64,000 nucleotides of DNA from Psammoneis japonica (GCA_008632985.1 QPGO01000057.1:310001-374000), one strand, 5' to 3'; shown: positions 11,178 to 25,039, numbered from the stretch's first letter. Notes: generated by a model from the sequence alone, not told the origin. Translations and numbers: made by a program.

Positions 11178-13675
11178 CTATCCATTCATGTGTTGGGCGA
11201 GCTTTTTGTTGTTTTGTTTCTTGGTGTGAAGCTTGAACTTCATAATGTCCCCAGTGTACTTCTGAACCTTCTTTTCGTCGCAAATGTAAATTTCTTCGGC
11301 ACACTGCGAAATGAGACGCATGTCGTGCGAAATCATCAGGACTCCACCCTGGAATTTTTTCAGACATCGCGCCAAAGCGTCAATTGAGTCCATATCAAGC
11401 GGGTTCGTTGGTTCATCCTAAGAAAGGTGGAAGCAGGATCACAAAGTAAATGAGAGACTAGACAGGAAGTGAATCAAAAGCGGACAAAGTCGACGTAGGA
11501 TAATATCTAAGGTAAAACGAACGAAGGTACTCACCAAAAGCAACAAGTGCGGCTTTTCAAACGAAATAATGGCGAAAACAATTCGCGCCTTTTGTCCCGC
11601 AGACAGTTGGCTCATCACTTGACTCTGTTGGTCTCCAGTGCAACCATACCTACCCAACAGAGGACGGATCCGCTCAATAGGCTCTTCCGGCATGAGCTTC
11701 TGCTTGAAGAAGTCGAGTGGGGTCATGGACAGGTCAAGCTTCTCTTCAAAGTGCTGAGTAAAACGAGATATTTTCAAATGCATATTGCGCTTAACGTCCC
11801 CTTGGTGGGGTTAAGTTCACCCGTCATGAGTTTGATCAACGTCGTTTTACCTTCAGAGTACAGAGAAGAAACAAGTTTAGACACGAAGAACTCATATTGC
11901 GCACATAGCTTGGAAAACCAAGGAGCGCCTCACCTGCGCCATTTGGTCCGACAAGAGCGACGCGAGTCTGTAAATCAACACCAAAGTCTACATTGCTGTA
12001 TAGTTCCTGTCCGCCAGGATAAGCAAAACTGACCCGTTCAATCGACAATACCGGAACAGGCAATTGTCCTGCATCGGGAAAAGACCAATCCCACTGAGGA
12101 TCAACTTCGGGTTTGGGTGTAAGACCTGCCTCGAGTTTCTTTTGCAACAGCTTTTCACGAGCCTGGGCTTGTCGCACCATTTTAACTGTACCGTGGCCAA
12201 ACTACCCAATTAGGTTTGAACAGGAGAACGGCAATTAGCGGTGGCACGATAGTGACAAAGTACAAAGCTGTGATGACTTACTCTGGCAATGAAGTCCTTG
12301 ATCTCCGCAATGTCCCGCTGCTCAGCTTCGTATTGACGCAACTGCACCATGTCTTGGTCCCGACGCGTCTGAACATATGTGTCGTAGTTTCCACTGTAAT
12401 AACGCAGCTTCTTATAGGTCATGTCAAGACGAACAATATGCGTGCACACATTGTTCATAAAATCTTGTGAGTGGCAAACGAAAAACAAAATTTTGTCCCA
12501 ACTCGAGAGATACTCTTCCAACCATAAGACCGCGTCCATATCAAGATGATTGGTTGGTTCGTCTAGAAAGGAGACGAGTGAAAGGGTAAGTGGCTTTTAT
12601 TCAAAAGACATCAGTAGCCAGCGTCACTACTTACCCAGAAGCAAGAATTCCGGCTGTAAAAAGAGTGCCTTTGCCAGCGCCACACGCATGCGCCATCCAC
12701 CACTGAATTCACAAGTCTTCATAGATTGCATCGCCGTTGTAAATCCCAAACCATGCAGAATGGAGGTAGCACGTGATTCGGCCGAGTTTGCATCAAGCTG
12801 GTCCAAACGATCATAAATGACTTCGAGCCGTGCTTGAATGTCTGCTTGTTCGTCCTCATCGGCGTCCGCCATGCTGGCATTCAAATCTTCTGCTTGCTTT
12901 TCTAGCAAGACAACCTCATTGTTGCTCTCCATGACAGCCTCCAAGGCAGTAATATCATTGCGAGCTGGGTACTCGCAATCCAAGAAGTAAATGTCCAACG
13001 CATCCGGAATCGGAATAGCCCGAGCCGCAATGGCTTTCATGATTGTGGATTTTCCAGATCCGTTGGGACCGATGAAGCCGTACCGGTTACCATAGTTGAT
13101 AACAAGCTCCGTCTCCTCAATGAGAGGCTTACCATGAAAGTTGACACTCACACCACCGACATTGATATCACGAGTGTTCGCATGCAGTGCTCCTTTTTTG
13201 CTTTCATACGTCACAACAATCTCGTCTTTGGACAACTGATCAAGTGCAGCCTGACGCTTGGCATCTTCTATGGATGCCATATCGAGTGGAGCGGTTTCCT
13301 CTTCCTTTTTCTCTTCTTCTTTTTCTTCTTCGACCTTTTTCTTTGCGGACTTTTTCTTTCCCACGCCCTTAGCCGCCTTGGCCTTCTTCTTGGCTTCTCT
13401 CGCAGCCTTGGCAGCAGCCTTTTTCTCTTCCTTTGTTAATTTTCGTTCATACAACTCTTCTTCTCCCTCTGTTTCGTTCATACACCGACGTGTTAGTGTG
13501 GCACGCAAACATCAAGAAAGAAAAACCGGCATAAAGACTCACCTCCCATGGCCGCAGCGCGAACGTCAGACGCAAGTGTTCCATCAAAGTCAATCTTGTC
13601 TCCACCGGTGTCAAGCTCCTTATTGATGGCAAACTCAGCCTGCCTGGCGCGTTTCTCGTTGTATCTCTTCGCCAT
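11178..13675 (-). CDS. ABCF2: ABC-F family translation factor ABCF2/Arb1-like, multi-exon
   Basis: Two ABC domains (GPNGSGKST, FSGGWRMR, DEPTNHLD; GPNGAGKTT, LSAGQKAR). Exons ~13675-13543, 13468-12635, 12562-12282, 12201-11934, 11850-~11535, ~11418-11178. One-base frameshift in a C/G run at ~11800. Confidence 0.95.
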
Positions 13676-14105
13676 GGTGTTGCTTGTTTTCTAATTTGCC
13701 GTGGGAAATTGTGTTGGCTGTGACTGCCGAGATGATTTGCACGAACAAACGTGGCCAGAAAATCGTGTGACCGCAGTTCCAAGAAATAGCGCGCGCACAG
13801 ATGACCTCATGACGTTTTGCAAAATGATTGGCTGAGAAGAAAACACGTAGAAAATGTACTGCCACGTCGCCATCGTACGGACAGGTAAAAATCATATACA
13901 AATCCGAATGAAATAAATCATTTATTTTTATACAAACTGAATAATACATAAGATGATTTTGATTTTCAATTTCTCCCTCCGACCTACCTGCGCTGAACAC
14001 CATGAAGAAAAGAAAGCCGAATTTTGAACGACCGGAACGACTTCTTTTGTGAGAATCGCAATAAGCGACACGAAAGTCCACTGATAATTGGTTTCGACAA
14101 TTGGA

Positions 14106-14987
14106 ATGCCGTTCAGTCCATTTTATTTCTTTGTACTGTGTGTGACGTGCTTTCTAATTGGAAGGATCGAATCGTTTTCTGTTGCTCCCGCCCCCCAACG
14201 TGGTCGTGCTTTTGGGGTGACTAAAAAACAAGCGAGTCAAAGACCACAACAAACAAAACCGACTTGCATATTTTTAAAGCGTAATATCATACGACCGGAG
14301 TACAAGAGTATCGTTTCCATGCCTGCAAGCCAACAACCACTTCAAGACAAGAATGAGAATGGCGTTCTTTCGAAATTGATAAAGGTGATTGGTTCAACAA
14401 CAGCCATTGTTGTAGCCGGAACCTTCTTTGCCATCTTGGCGTACAAGAGAGATGCACTTATGGTTTCATTCTTCTTTGGTGCAATTGCGAATGCAATCCT
14501 CAGCAAAGTGCTGAAACGATTGCTCAATCAAGATCGGCCCCAAGATGCACTACCCAACGACAACATTGACAAACCCACAGACAAGGGAATGCCATCATCT
14601 CATGCCATGAGTCTGGGATTTATTGGAACATTTACGGGTCTACAGTTGCCTCAAACAAGATTAGCTATCTTTGCCTATGTCATGATTGCATTAGCCTATC
14701 GGATAAAAACAAAGCTGCACACTTGGCAACAAGTGGCAGTCGGACTTGTTGCCGGCGCTTTCAATGGGGCAGTTTGGAAACTCTCAGTATGCAACGGAAA
14801 CAATCCTTTTCAGTTTAACCTATTGGATTGGACCACGAAGCACTTGTTGAATGCACAAGGGGTCTTGCCCGTCTCGTACATGGCCGTGCCTCTCCTCGTT
14901 GGTGCTCTAGTTGTAGGATCTGTCGAAAGAAGAATCAGTCGTTGGATGAAAACACGAGATGACGACGAAGAATCTAAAAGCAACTAG
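14106..14987 (+). CDS. PAP2-family lipid/dolichyl-pyrophosphate phosphatase
   Basis: KRLLNQDRP, GMPSSHA and RIKTKLHTWQQV motifs; TM segments; signal-peptide-like N-terminus. Confidence 0.9.
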   Translation: MPFSPFYFFVLCVTCFLIGRIESFSVAPAPQRGRAFGVTKKQASQRPQQTKPTCIFLKRNIIRPEYKSIVSMPASQQPLQDKNENGVLSKLIKVIGSTTAIVVAGTFFAILAYKRDALMVSFFFGAIANAILSKVLKRLLNQDRPQDALPNDNIDKPTDKGMPSSHAMSLGFIGTFTGLQLPQTRLAIFAYVMIALAYRIKTKLHTWQQVAVGLVAGAFNGAVWKLSVCNGNNPFQFNLLDWTTKHLLNAQGVLPVSYMAVPLLVGALVVGSVERRISRWMKTRDDDEESKSN

Positions 14988-15827
14988 TGTGAAACCCCAA
15001 GCTGAGATATTTAGTGTTGACGCATTGTTACGGAACAAGCAGCGAACAAACCCGTCATCATCCACCAGCATTGCGGCCAAGCCTAGCAACATTGGAAGCA
15101 CGTACCACCGTATACAAGTTGTATTGAAAATTTCGTAAAAAAATACATAGCGATCCATAAGAAGTTCAGAAGCAGAAGAAGTATCTGGGGTGGGAGACAC
15201 CTACACTAACCGTATTCGTAGCGGTAACCGCATCAACCCGTTTTGTTTCTAGCTTGTCTAAGTCGTGGGATCTGTTCTCTAAATCAATTGCCGGCTCTCG
15301 TTGATTACACAAATACGTCCTATGAGTCCTTTGCATTTGCGACCAAGCCCAACATTGGAAGCAGTAGGTGCCATTATTGTCGCTTTCCCAATTTTAGAGA
15401 AAGACAGTCAGTTTGGCATTTGCGTTTGGAGCTTGATCACATTATCCCTGATCTCACTATCCAGGGGCTAGCATTTTCGTTTTCTTTAGATATCCGACGG
15501 TCGAAAAAGAACTGCGCTCTTTGCTTGACGATACGAGCTAGCTTGTCACACTCGATGATTCCTGCCAGGGCAGCAGCAAACAACGTGACATGATGCTTGG
15601 GGGTATCGAGTTATGATTGTCGTCCAACCAACTAAATGCAAATTAAGTCAGCCTCCTCCAAATTATGCCAAGATTGCCACCGGTTTTCTCGTCAAGCTGG
15701 AAGTTCGTAGTACGTGGACAATTACGGCATTGCCGGCCTCCGGTTCTCGTGCAGTTGCCATTCTGTATTGATTAATGGCAAACCTTTGTTCCATGTGGGT
15801 AGCTCTACAACTATCGATCTAATTATG

Positions 15828-16541
15828 CTAAAGTTCAATCTTTGCAATTCGATACCAATCGGATATCTTCCCCTTGGTGCTCCACAGAGACAAGTATCGT
15901 GGTCGAAAGGGTCCAAGCATCATTTCAGCCTTTTGTTGTTCTTGCTGTCGGTTTGAGTAGTCTTGCAGCCACTCGGCGTAGCACTCTGGTGCATAGATGA
16001 AAGCCAAGTGTGGGATAAAGTCTGCTGTTTGGTGTCGCTCATCCGGTGGAAAGCAATTCTTGACTGCATCTTGAAAATTTGCCAGTTTCTCTGTTTTTTC
16101 CACAAGCAACATGTGAATAACACAACCAAAACCTCGTCCGTTGTCTGCAGTCTTTGGGTATTCAAAATAGTAAAACTGAGTCGGGCACACAGCGATGGGT
16201 AATCCATCGTCTTTACTTTGAAAATGTCGGAGTGCTTGGTGGAGCATTTGTAGTCCAACCTGTTGTTCATTCTGATTCTTGTCAATCGTAATTGCTTCGG
16301 TCGGTATATTGTACAAGAGAGTGACGTGAGGAACAAAACTATGACACCCGCGGTTTGCTCCACCACATTTTTCGGATAACTCCTTTACTTCCTTGTACAA
16401 ATGGTGGTGGTGGTCAGGACACGGTTCCAACCACACCGACCATCCTTCAAACTCGTGATCAAACACGTCCGTACTCTTTTCGTTCTGCGGCGGATAATTA
16501 GCGGTATCTGAACAGTTTCTCTCGTTGCAGTCATGATCCAT
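15828..16541 (-). CDS. 2H phosphoesterase / cyclic phosphodiesterase-like
   Basis: WSVWLEP, FVPHVTLL and FIPHLAF (two HxT-type motifs). Confidence 0.75.
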   Translation of the reverse strand: MDHDCNERNCSDTANYPPQNEKSTDVFDHEFEGWSVWLEPCPDHHHHLYKEVKELSEKCGGANRGCHSFVPHVTLLYNIPTEAITIDKNQNEQQVGLQMLHQALRHFQSKDDGLPIAVCPTQFYYFEYPKTADNGRGFGCVIHMLLVEKTEKLANFQDAVKNCFPPDERHQTADFIPHLAFIYAPECYAEWLQDYSNRQQEQQKAEMMLGPFRPRYLSLWSTKGKISDWYRIAKIEL

Positions 16542-16789
16542 GGTCTTCGTAGTCTCTAACGCTTAGCAGCTTTACTCCTAACTGTACACCGCCAGATGAT
16601 TAACCGCAGGAGAACCTCCAACGACGACGCTGTAACCTCATTCATTCGCGAATGTGCGGATGGTGTTTGTGCGATGATCTCTATGATGATGAGTAAGTGA
16701 TGCAGAAAAGTCGCTCAGAATGTCCTCTGTACATACATACAGAAAACGTAGAAAAGACATTTTTCGTTGAATGACGGTCCCAGCACCAT

Positions 16790-19700
16790 TGACCCTCACA
16801 TGCACCTCATCTTATTTTGTGACAACAAACAATCGAAGGCGGGAACCATTGAGTCTACACGGTTCCGGCAATCATGTCTTGTGTTTTTCACCCTGCAAGG
16901 AAAGAGTGCTTGTTGAACACAGCAGTCATCATCAACTGTGTAGCGGGTGCTCTTTTTCTTCCTTGGATCTCGGGGTGGCACTGCCAGCAGGTGGCCTTGC
17001 CTCTCTGTTTCCAGTGCATGGGGCAGCACGCTGTGAGGACACAAAAACAAGAACACATCCAATCATCACCACAGCAATGTCCAACATGATGACAAGTTGG
17101 AGAAAGGGGTGCTTGGCACTTGTGCCCCACAACAGACTTTTCTGTGGTCTCTGAGCTCTTGGACCATGCCAGAAAAGAAGTGAAAAGCAATTGATGCCAA
17201 ATCAGAAGACACTCTGGGAGCCACCCAACAAAAGCTTTTGCATGCTTGCTGACTTGTTTGCCAGTTGGGCTGATGGATGTGTGTGTGCTCCATGCAAGAT
17301 TCTCTTCAAACACAGTGTGGCTGATGTGGCGTGCCATTTTCTTGGAGGGCATGAAAAGCTTGGCCACAAATGTTGGAGCATCGGGGTGCAAGGCAGTTTT
17401 GGGAGGACAGACAGACAACATTGCAGCAAAAGATTGCTGACTGTTGTGGATGATGTCAAGAGTGATGCCCACTTTTTGGCTTCTGCACCAGGGCGGCACT
17501 GTGATGCATTGGCAACAACAAGGTGACAGCGCTGGACATGTGTTTGCAACCCATGTGGCGAGCTCTTTGGAGTTGATGAGACTGATGCAGATTGGTTGTT
17601 GAGCTATGATGTTCCAACACAGAAGCCAAAAAGGCCAGCTGGAAAGTCAAGAGGAATCCAAGGAAGAGCTGGAGCTCCTTGAGAGAAATCCAAGACTTGG
17701 TTGATGCAAGCAATCATGGCATTCAAGCTTGCTGAACCAACAAGAGTCATTGCACATTTCATTGCTCCAGCCAAAGGAGTGTCTGGTGAAGAAACAGTCT
17801 CTGGAGGGCCTTGCCATGAGCAGCTGCAAGGGTCCCTGCTGAAAGAGGGCACAGCAAGGTTGTGTCAGGCCAAGAGAAACATCAGCGTGGGCAAAGACAC
17901 AACTGAGCATGGAAGTCTAAAAGACTTGAAGGAGTGGGTGCACAATGCCATTGTCAAGTTGGGTTGACTGGCAGATGGATGCACAGAAACCATGAGAAAA
18001 AGAACTGAGTGCATTGGAAGAATGCTCAGGCCAGAGATGCAAGCTCTGGTGTCTCTGAGGCAATGGAGCAGTTCAATCCAAAGGAGCCAGAGCATTCATT
18101 GGGAGCAACCACATTGGAGAAAGACAAGGCAGTCTGGGAGAAATGATGCAATCACTGCATGGAACAGGGCTGATCTTCAGGCTGCAGAAGGTGAAGGCAT
18201 TCCACTCATTTGTGGGATTGTGCATGAAAGCTGCACATGACAAGATTGAACGAACAAACAAGCTTGCAAAAGTCACAAAGGAGTGGGGCACAGCGGTGCT
18301 GCTGGGAATTCTCAAGTTGATCTTGTTCAGTGCAAATGAGAGACTCCACTTGCATGTTCGGGCTGTCAAGGCATGGAGGCAGTTGGTGCTCATTCATCAA
18401 GAAGATGAAGGAGAGGTGCTTCAAGATTGCTGTGATTGGTTTGCAAGGGCTGTTGGGATGGCAGAAGGATCCCACTGCTGCAGGATTGTCCTGGAAGAAA
18501 TTGCCAAGAAAGAAATTGGGTTCAGTGCAGACACTGAAGATGCCCAGGAGAAAGGAGAAAGAGAGGAACAAGCTGTGAGCTGTTTTGCCAACAGAAGAAG
18601 GTGTGCACCAACAGAAATGTTGGCATGCCTTTTAAAAAACCTGTGCTGACAGTTTACACTGGGGGTGGACACCGCAGCTGTGTGGACATGTGCAGGACCA
18701 GCAAAAACCCTGAGGGTGAAAGTTTTGCACAACAAGAGAAGAAGGAACAAACCAAATGCTCTGGAAATGTGACAAGGTTGAGCATGCAAAGAAGGAACAT
18801 CGTTTGCTCAACAATGATGATGACCACTCAATGGCAGAGTTTGAGGATGTGATCTGTGGGTCCAATCAAAGCTGTCAGTGTGTTGTTGGATGGCACAGCA
18901 TTCAACCACAGTGTGGTGGTTGAGGTCAGTCAATTGATGGCTTTTCAGAAGTCAGAAGGAGTGCGGCATTGGAACATCAGGGTGCAAGGCAGTTTTGGGA
19001 GGACAGACAGACAGACAATGTTGCAGTGAAAGATTGCTGACCATTGTGAATGACATTGAGAGTTTGTGTGTGTAGACTCTCCATGAACACACAGGTTTTG
19101 TGCTCACTCAAGGGGCAACAGTGCCGCTCAGATGTGTGTTTGCAACCCACGCAATGAGCTTTGGAATTGGCAAAACTTCTTTGGGTTGGCTGGCAAGCCA
19201 TGACATTCCAACAACAAAAGACTTGTGTTGCTTCTCTCCCACTGCCACGTCATTGTCAAGACTGCCGATGATGCACTTTGCTCCTTTTTGACCACAGCAC
19301 TGCAGCTGTGCTGCTGACACTGGCCAAGGTGCAAGAACAAAGCTGCCGTTGCTCCTTGCATGCAACCATGCAACAGCATGAGCAAACAAGTGCGATTTGC
19401 AGAAAAGCTGGCGTGGGTTCAGGCTTGCAAGCCAACGAAGCTTTCCCCACCCAGCCCACTTGCTTGGCTGCACCTCGATGCCCTTGGAGCAGCAGTTGCC
19501 AGAAGTTCACAAAAAAGACTCATGGGAAAGGATTTCAATGCCCCCCAAACGAGCATGCCGGTGCATGGAAACATGGGGCTGCATCAATTTGCTGCCAGAG
19601 GGAAATGTGCTGCCTCCCTTGCACACCTGGTCTGCCGATCACACAGGGGCCCACAAAAGTGACACAGGCCAGCAGGTGGTGGTGGCTTGCACGCTGGCGC

Positions 19701-19800
19701 TTGTTCCCAACAGCAGACCTGCAAATGACCGTGAGAAGAGATTCCCAACCTCCTTGGTGTTTGCTTTTGACCTCTTGTTAAGCAATGATGTTGCCATCGT
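16790..19800. mobile_element. Block C: degenerate TpA/CpG-depleted DNA with an internal direct repeat
   Basis: About six TA sites in 16900-19780; direct repeat 17371-17463 / 18967-19063. Confidence 0.7.
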
Positions 19801-20185
19801 ATCAGTGGTGTCCCTCTGCTAGAGCAGCCAGGCCCAGCAGCCAGCTAGCTTCTTGTCGAACAGTGTGGTCGATCCGTCGGTCGGTGGGAAAGCTGCGGGA
19901 AGCCAGAAAGAAAAGTTCCTAGCAATCCAATTGAGATTTCAAATCATTATAATATGATGAATTTCTTTCTTTTAAAAAAGCAGCTAGGGAGTTCCATCGT
20001 GAAGAGAGCCGCAGAAAGAAATTTCTCCACCTGGCGGCAGCATGTTGTATGCGAGCAAACGACAAAGTTATTGCAAAGGTGGTCCGATTGCAGTTACAAT
20101 ACAGAGAACTGTACCGAACAGGAACCCTAAAAGGAGAGTGGAAGAAGTATTGTGCAGGAGAGTGTATGGCTTACGCTTCACATTC

Positions 20186-23100
20186 ATGATGAAGCCACGT
20201 TGTCTTTCACGAAGGACCACTGTCGCGTTGTTCTTGGTTGGTATGTATGCAATGACCAGAGTCGACGTAGCAGCGGCAGCCAAGAGACACCGCGCAATAC
20301 CTTTTGTGAATAGTTTGCTATTGAATAAGAATGCACTGGTGTCGTCGAATCATGAAAAATCGGCAGATTTCGACCAAAGAGACGATCGCCAGGATGATAG
20401 AGATGAAGCTACGAGCTCCAGAACAATTCCAAAGGAAACGTCTGCTTACAAACGAGACCAGAACAAAGGCGACGATACACCAGAGCCTGGTGTCGGAGTA
20501 GGAGTCAAAGGAAAAAAGAGCAACGCCGTGGGTGATCCGGACGGGAACTCCTCGGATGACGATGATACTACAGATGACTCTTCGGAGTGGGAAGAATTTC
20601 TGGAAGAAATGCAAGAGATGGGTCTCGACGAAGTAGTAAATCAAAATGCTAATTCACCACATGAGGATGGAGAAAAGAAGGATAATGGAAGCGTGTCTGT
20701 TGAAATGGAAGTGGTCAAGGAACAAGACCATCCACTATCTTCTTCTTCATCTTCTTCATCAGGTGTTGGGTTACGACTGGCGAATCGTATGAAACGAAAC
20801 AAGTTGTCCAGCGCCACTCAACCCAAAACCGACACACTAGCATCCAAAGAGAGATTATATGATCAGGCTATGTTGGAAGCATGGTTACCTCACGTCTACT
20901 TTCCCTTGGAGGACACTTTGCAAGAAGAGTCCTACTTACGGTCGCACGCACGCTTGTTGGACGGCTCGAGCAAGTCTCGTTTGGACCGAAGGACCTTGTA
21001 TGGATCATTGCTGTTAGAATGGCAACACTCTTCGATATCCTCGCGCAAGTTCCTTAACCCATCCACCTCCCAGAGCTTACAAGCTGCGCTCAGTCTCGCT
21101 ACGCAACCCAGATGGAGACAGTCTTTCCCACAGGCAAACGTAATATCCATGTGGGCAGAAAAGGAGACGACTACCACCTTGGCCATGCAAGAGACCATTG
21201 CCATGGCGCTTGTGAGTATAGCTTGTTGATATGACGAACCTGCTATAATGATTTGAGGTTTCAGCTTCGCCTCTCACCTTACTCTTTCTGTTTCTTGGTC
21301 TTTTTTTCTTGCAGGCTCATTCCTTGGGCTGCGGTATGGTCGTTTTGGACGATGGCGTCTTGGAATCCGTACGAGAGGACCTGAAAAATGATGTAGACGC
21401 TGACGAAAAGCCCGTGACACTCATCAACGGCCTTCTTTCCTTGGCAAATAGCGGTAAACTCGAGAATTTTCCCAAGAAAAAGAGTGGTTCGATTGCCGCG
21501 TGCATGGAACGAGAATTGGAAATGGGCCTTGACGATCCATTTGACGACCGCGCTGTGACGAGTGCACAAGAAATGAGAACATGGGAAACCGAAGTTTCTA
21601 ATCAAAAACAAGGTGACGAAGAGAGACCCATTCCCCTCGTCTTATTCATAAAGACGGATTCTTCCTCGACGCTCTTGAAGAGCAAGTCCGCCGTCGATCA
21701 GTTGATACAGGAATGCACATCATCAGATAGTATTCATTTGATTGTACTGGGTAAGGGTATTGATGCAACGACTGAGACTCTGCCTGTGGAGGAATTTGCG
21801 GATGCAAGTGCGGAAATGTCCATGTCCGAAGGCAGCGGGAGCATGACGGCTCGTAACGGCATCGCCGGTGCTCAACAAGGCCCCTGGTTTGGATTCTCAC
21901 CTCAGAATCAGAACGCATCTGGTCTAAACGACCCAGAGGGATCTAGACGATTCAACATATTCTTGGCTCGTACAACTGATCGAAGCGGAACACCGGGCGT
22001 ATTGGGAGCGATTGCTCCACCCCAAGCCGGCAATTTGTTCCCACACATGATGGCATTGCAAGCACGAGAGAGGCTTCAACAGGAACGACAAAATAGCAAC
22101 GCGCAGAATGAAGACGCAAACAGCATGGCAGCTCAGGTGGAACAGTGGGCGCAATCCATGCAGCAGCACATGCAGTCGCCAGGCGGCGTCCCGTTCCCGT
22201 CTCCACAGTTCTTCAACGCGTCTCTGCATCCTGGACAGCAAGCTAATGATCAGAGTCCGCAGCAGCAGCCGCAGCTCCCGCCTGAAGTTGTTCAACATGC
22301 ATTGCAGCATGCAATGTCAGACCTCCTGGATCGACTGGCTCAGATCAATCAAGAAGAGGGAGTCGACGATATGCAGAACAGTGGTCCTCCGTCCGAGCTT
22401 CATCCCGATCTGCACCGAGCCTTTGGGCAGGTCTTGCAAAATGAAAACTTACGGCGGGGTATTGCCGACAACTTGGCCCGTGCAGCACCTGCCTTGGTGG
22501 ATCCAAAATGCCAGGGAGTCATGTTGAGTGTCTATGTACCACCTCCATCGCATCATGAAAATAGCGGTAAGTTGCCCGGCCAGATCCAATCGGGCAGTAC
22601 GTCAAACCAACAGCAGCAGCAGCAGGAGCAGCAGCAGCAGCAACAAAAAGGGTGGTTTCACAAAATGTTACACAATGAAAACAGCAACGCTGGAGCTTCC
22701 GAAAATATTCAACAGGATAATGCAAACGGAAAAGAAGACGACAGCATGAATGAATCCAGACGCACCTCTCGAAAGAATCGTGTAAGGACTTTGGCGGCTG
22801 CATCAACGGTCCTGAGCACGGCAGAGAATGACAACGAAGAAGCAACCAACGCTGAAAAGAACAAAATGGAGCGCAACCTTCAAAAGTTTGATACTCTATG
22901 CCGACGTATTGCTGTTAGGTCGCCAGTCGATCCCGTTCGTCGCAAATCATGGGATGCATGGATTGCGCGAGAACGTGGTGCCGTTGTCTTTCGTCAAAAC
23001 CGTCGTTCTCTTCACGCCGAATTAGAGCACCGTCGACTTTTATTGCAGGAGCGCACTGGCACCCGAGGAGTGGGATCGTCACTCCGTCAAATGCTAAGTG

Positions 23101-24558
23101 TCCGTGATGTTAGCGACGAAATGCAGGATGTCATCAAGTGTGCGGTTGAATTAGAAGCGGCCAAGAGTCAGAAGCATGAACGACTCGTAAGTTTCTGTTG
23201 AGCAAGTTGCGCCTTTATCCAGATCTCTGAATAGCTAATGGTAATGCCTTACAATTTCCTTTTGTTTTGTGCAGTCCACACTGTCCGAGACACCGAATAT
23301 TGCCGAAAAGGAGTTCGAAGCCGACGTTTCGCTACATCAGCTGTTGGTCAATGACGACGGCGAACTTTCTGAATCACTATCGATGGAGGCCACTTCTACA
23401 GACAAGTTGAAATTGCAATACCTTCATCCATCCAGTCTTGAGTCTGCACTGGCAATAACTTGTCGCTTGAACCCATCTCCATCGGGCGGACTCTCTGTGT
23501 CATCGTCTACGACTCCCGCCTCACACAGAAGCCGTGAGGATATTGCTGCTCTGGCTCAAGACAAGCATGAACGTGCCCTGGTATCACAAGTTGTGTCACC
23601 CCAGGATATTGGTGTCACCTATGATATGATTGGCGGATTGTCTGACGTCAAGGAGTTGTTGAGACAAAGTATTACTTACCCACTCAAATTCCCTCATTTG
23701 TATAGCGAGGGTATTGCACGAGAGGCAGTAAAGGGAGTATTACTCTTCGGCCCTCCGGGTACAGGTAAGACGATGTTAGCAAAGGCGGTCGCGACCGAAG
23801 GAGGCGCCAGTTTCTTGAGCGTGGATGCGTCGTCCGTGGAAAATAAGTGGCTCGGTGAGTCAGAGAAAAACGCCAAGGCAGTCTTTACTCTGGCACGCCG
23901 CCTTGCGCCGTGTGTGATTTTCATTGACGAAGTTGATTCACTGCTTTCGAGTCGGGAGGGGAGCTCGGATGATTCTGCTCATGGGACGTTGACAAGTGTC
24001 AAAACGACCATGATGAGTGAATGGGACGGCCTCAACTCGGGCACCAATGGCAGCGGAGAAGCCGGTTCAGATCGAGTCGTCGTGATCGGATCTACCAACA
24101 GGCCATTTGATCTGGACGAAGCCGTATTACGCCGATTCCCACGACGCATTCTTGTGGATTTACCTGATCTCGAAACTAGAACAGAAATTCTGGAAGTCAC
24201 TTTGGCCGAGAATAGGCTCGATCCCTCTGTGAATCTTACATTGATTGCAGAGCGACTCGAAGGGTACACAGGGTCGGACATAAAAGAGGTTTGCCGTGAA
24301 GCCGTGGTTCAAATCAGTCACGAACAAGCAAAACTGGCTGACCAGGGTTCAATGGAAGACGACTTCTCTCCGGGATCTTTGCAGAGACTGCGGCCGGTTA
24401 CGATGGATGACTTCGAGAAGTCTATGAGTAAACTGAAGAGGAGTGTGTCCGAAAGAGGTAAAGAGCTCTCGCGCGTGTGGGAGTGGAATGATGAATATGG
24501 AGAGATTAAGAGGGAGAAACGCGACCACCTCCCGCAGCTGATGAACATGTTTCTGTGA
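20186..24558 (+). CDS. Large AAA+ ATPase (ATAD1/Msp1/spastin-like) with long low-complexity N-terminus
   Basis: GVLLFGPPGTGKT, IFIDEVD and STNRPFDLDEAVLRRF. Introns 21212-21314 and 23187-23274 keep frame. An upstream in-frame ATG exists at 20042. Confidence 0.9.
22608..22643 (+). repeat. CAG/CAA trinucleotide repeat encoding poly-Q
   Basis: caacagcagcagcagcaggagcagcagcagcagcaa within AAA ATPase exon 2. Confidence 0.8.
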
Positions 24559-25039
24559 GGGCATAGGGCGTGTGAACTGTTGGAATCATCCCGGATCTGT
24601 TTCTCATATTTCCATGTTGCATGGACACCTAATCTTATACTTTAACAATTTACGTACGTTAACTAACAACTGACTGTGTGGATTGATAGCCAATAGCTTT
24701 TCCATTTCATTTAACAACTCTGATTCCTCCATTGCTTCCATCTCGAGAAGCTTGGGAAGCTTCCGCGCCGTGACAAGTTCCGACACCGTTGCCACATGAA
24801 CATTAATAAGTTGACACAATCCGTCCATTTCCGTCAACTTAACTTCAAGTAAATCATCAATCAATGATTGTCTGATAATTCTTTTTTTGTATGACGTCTT
24901 TCAGCCAGTCAGTTCGCTTTCTACAGAGGCGCTTGTCGGGTTTGTCATCATTGTAAATTCACAAATTCCGTCTTTGATTAGAGTCACCTCTGGAACAATT
25001 AGGAACACCACCACTGTCCAATGGTCGTAGGTCCCAGCA

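Noticed and set aside
19860..19890. gtgtggtcg / cgaccacac motif shared with the block F flank (~51393) as an element terminus
   Set aside because: Only a 9-bp match with no supporting TIR or target-site duplication.
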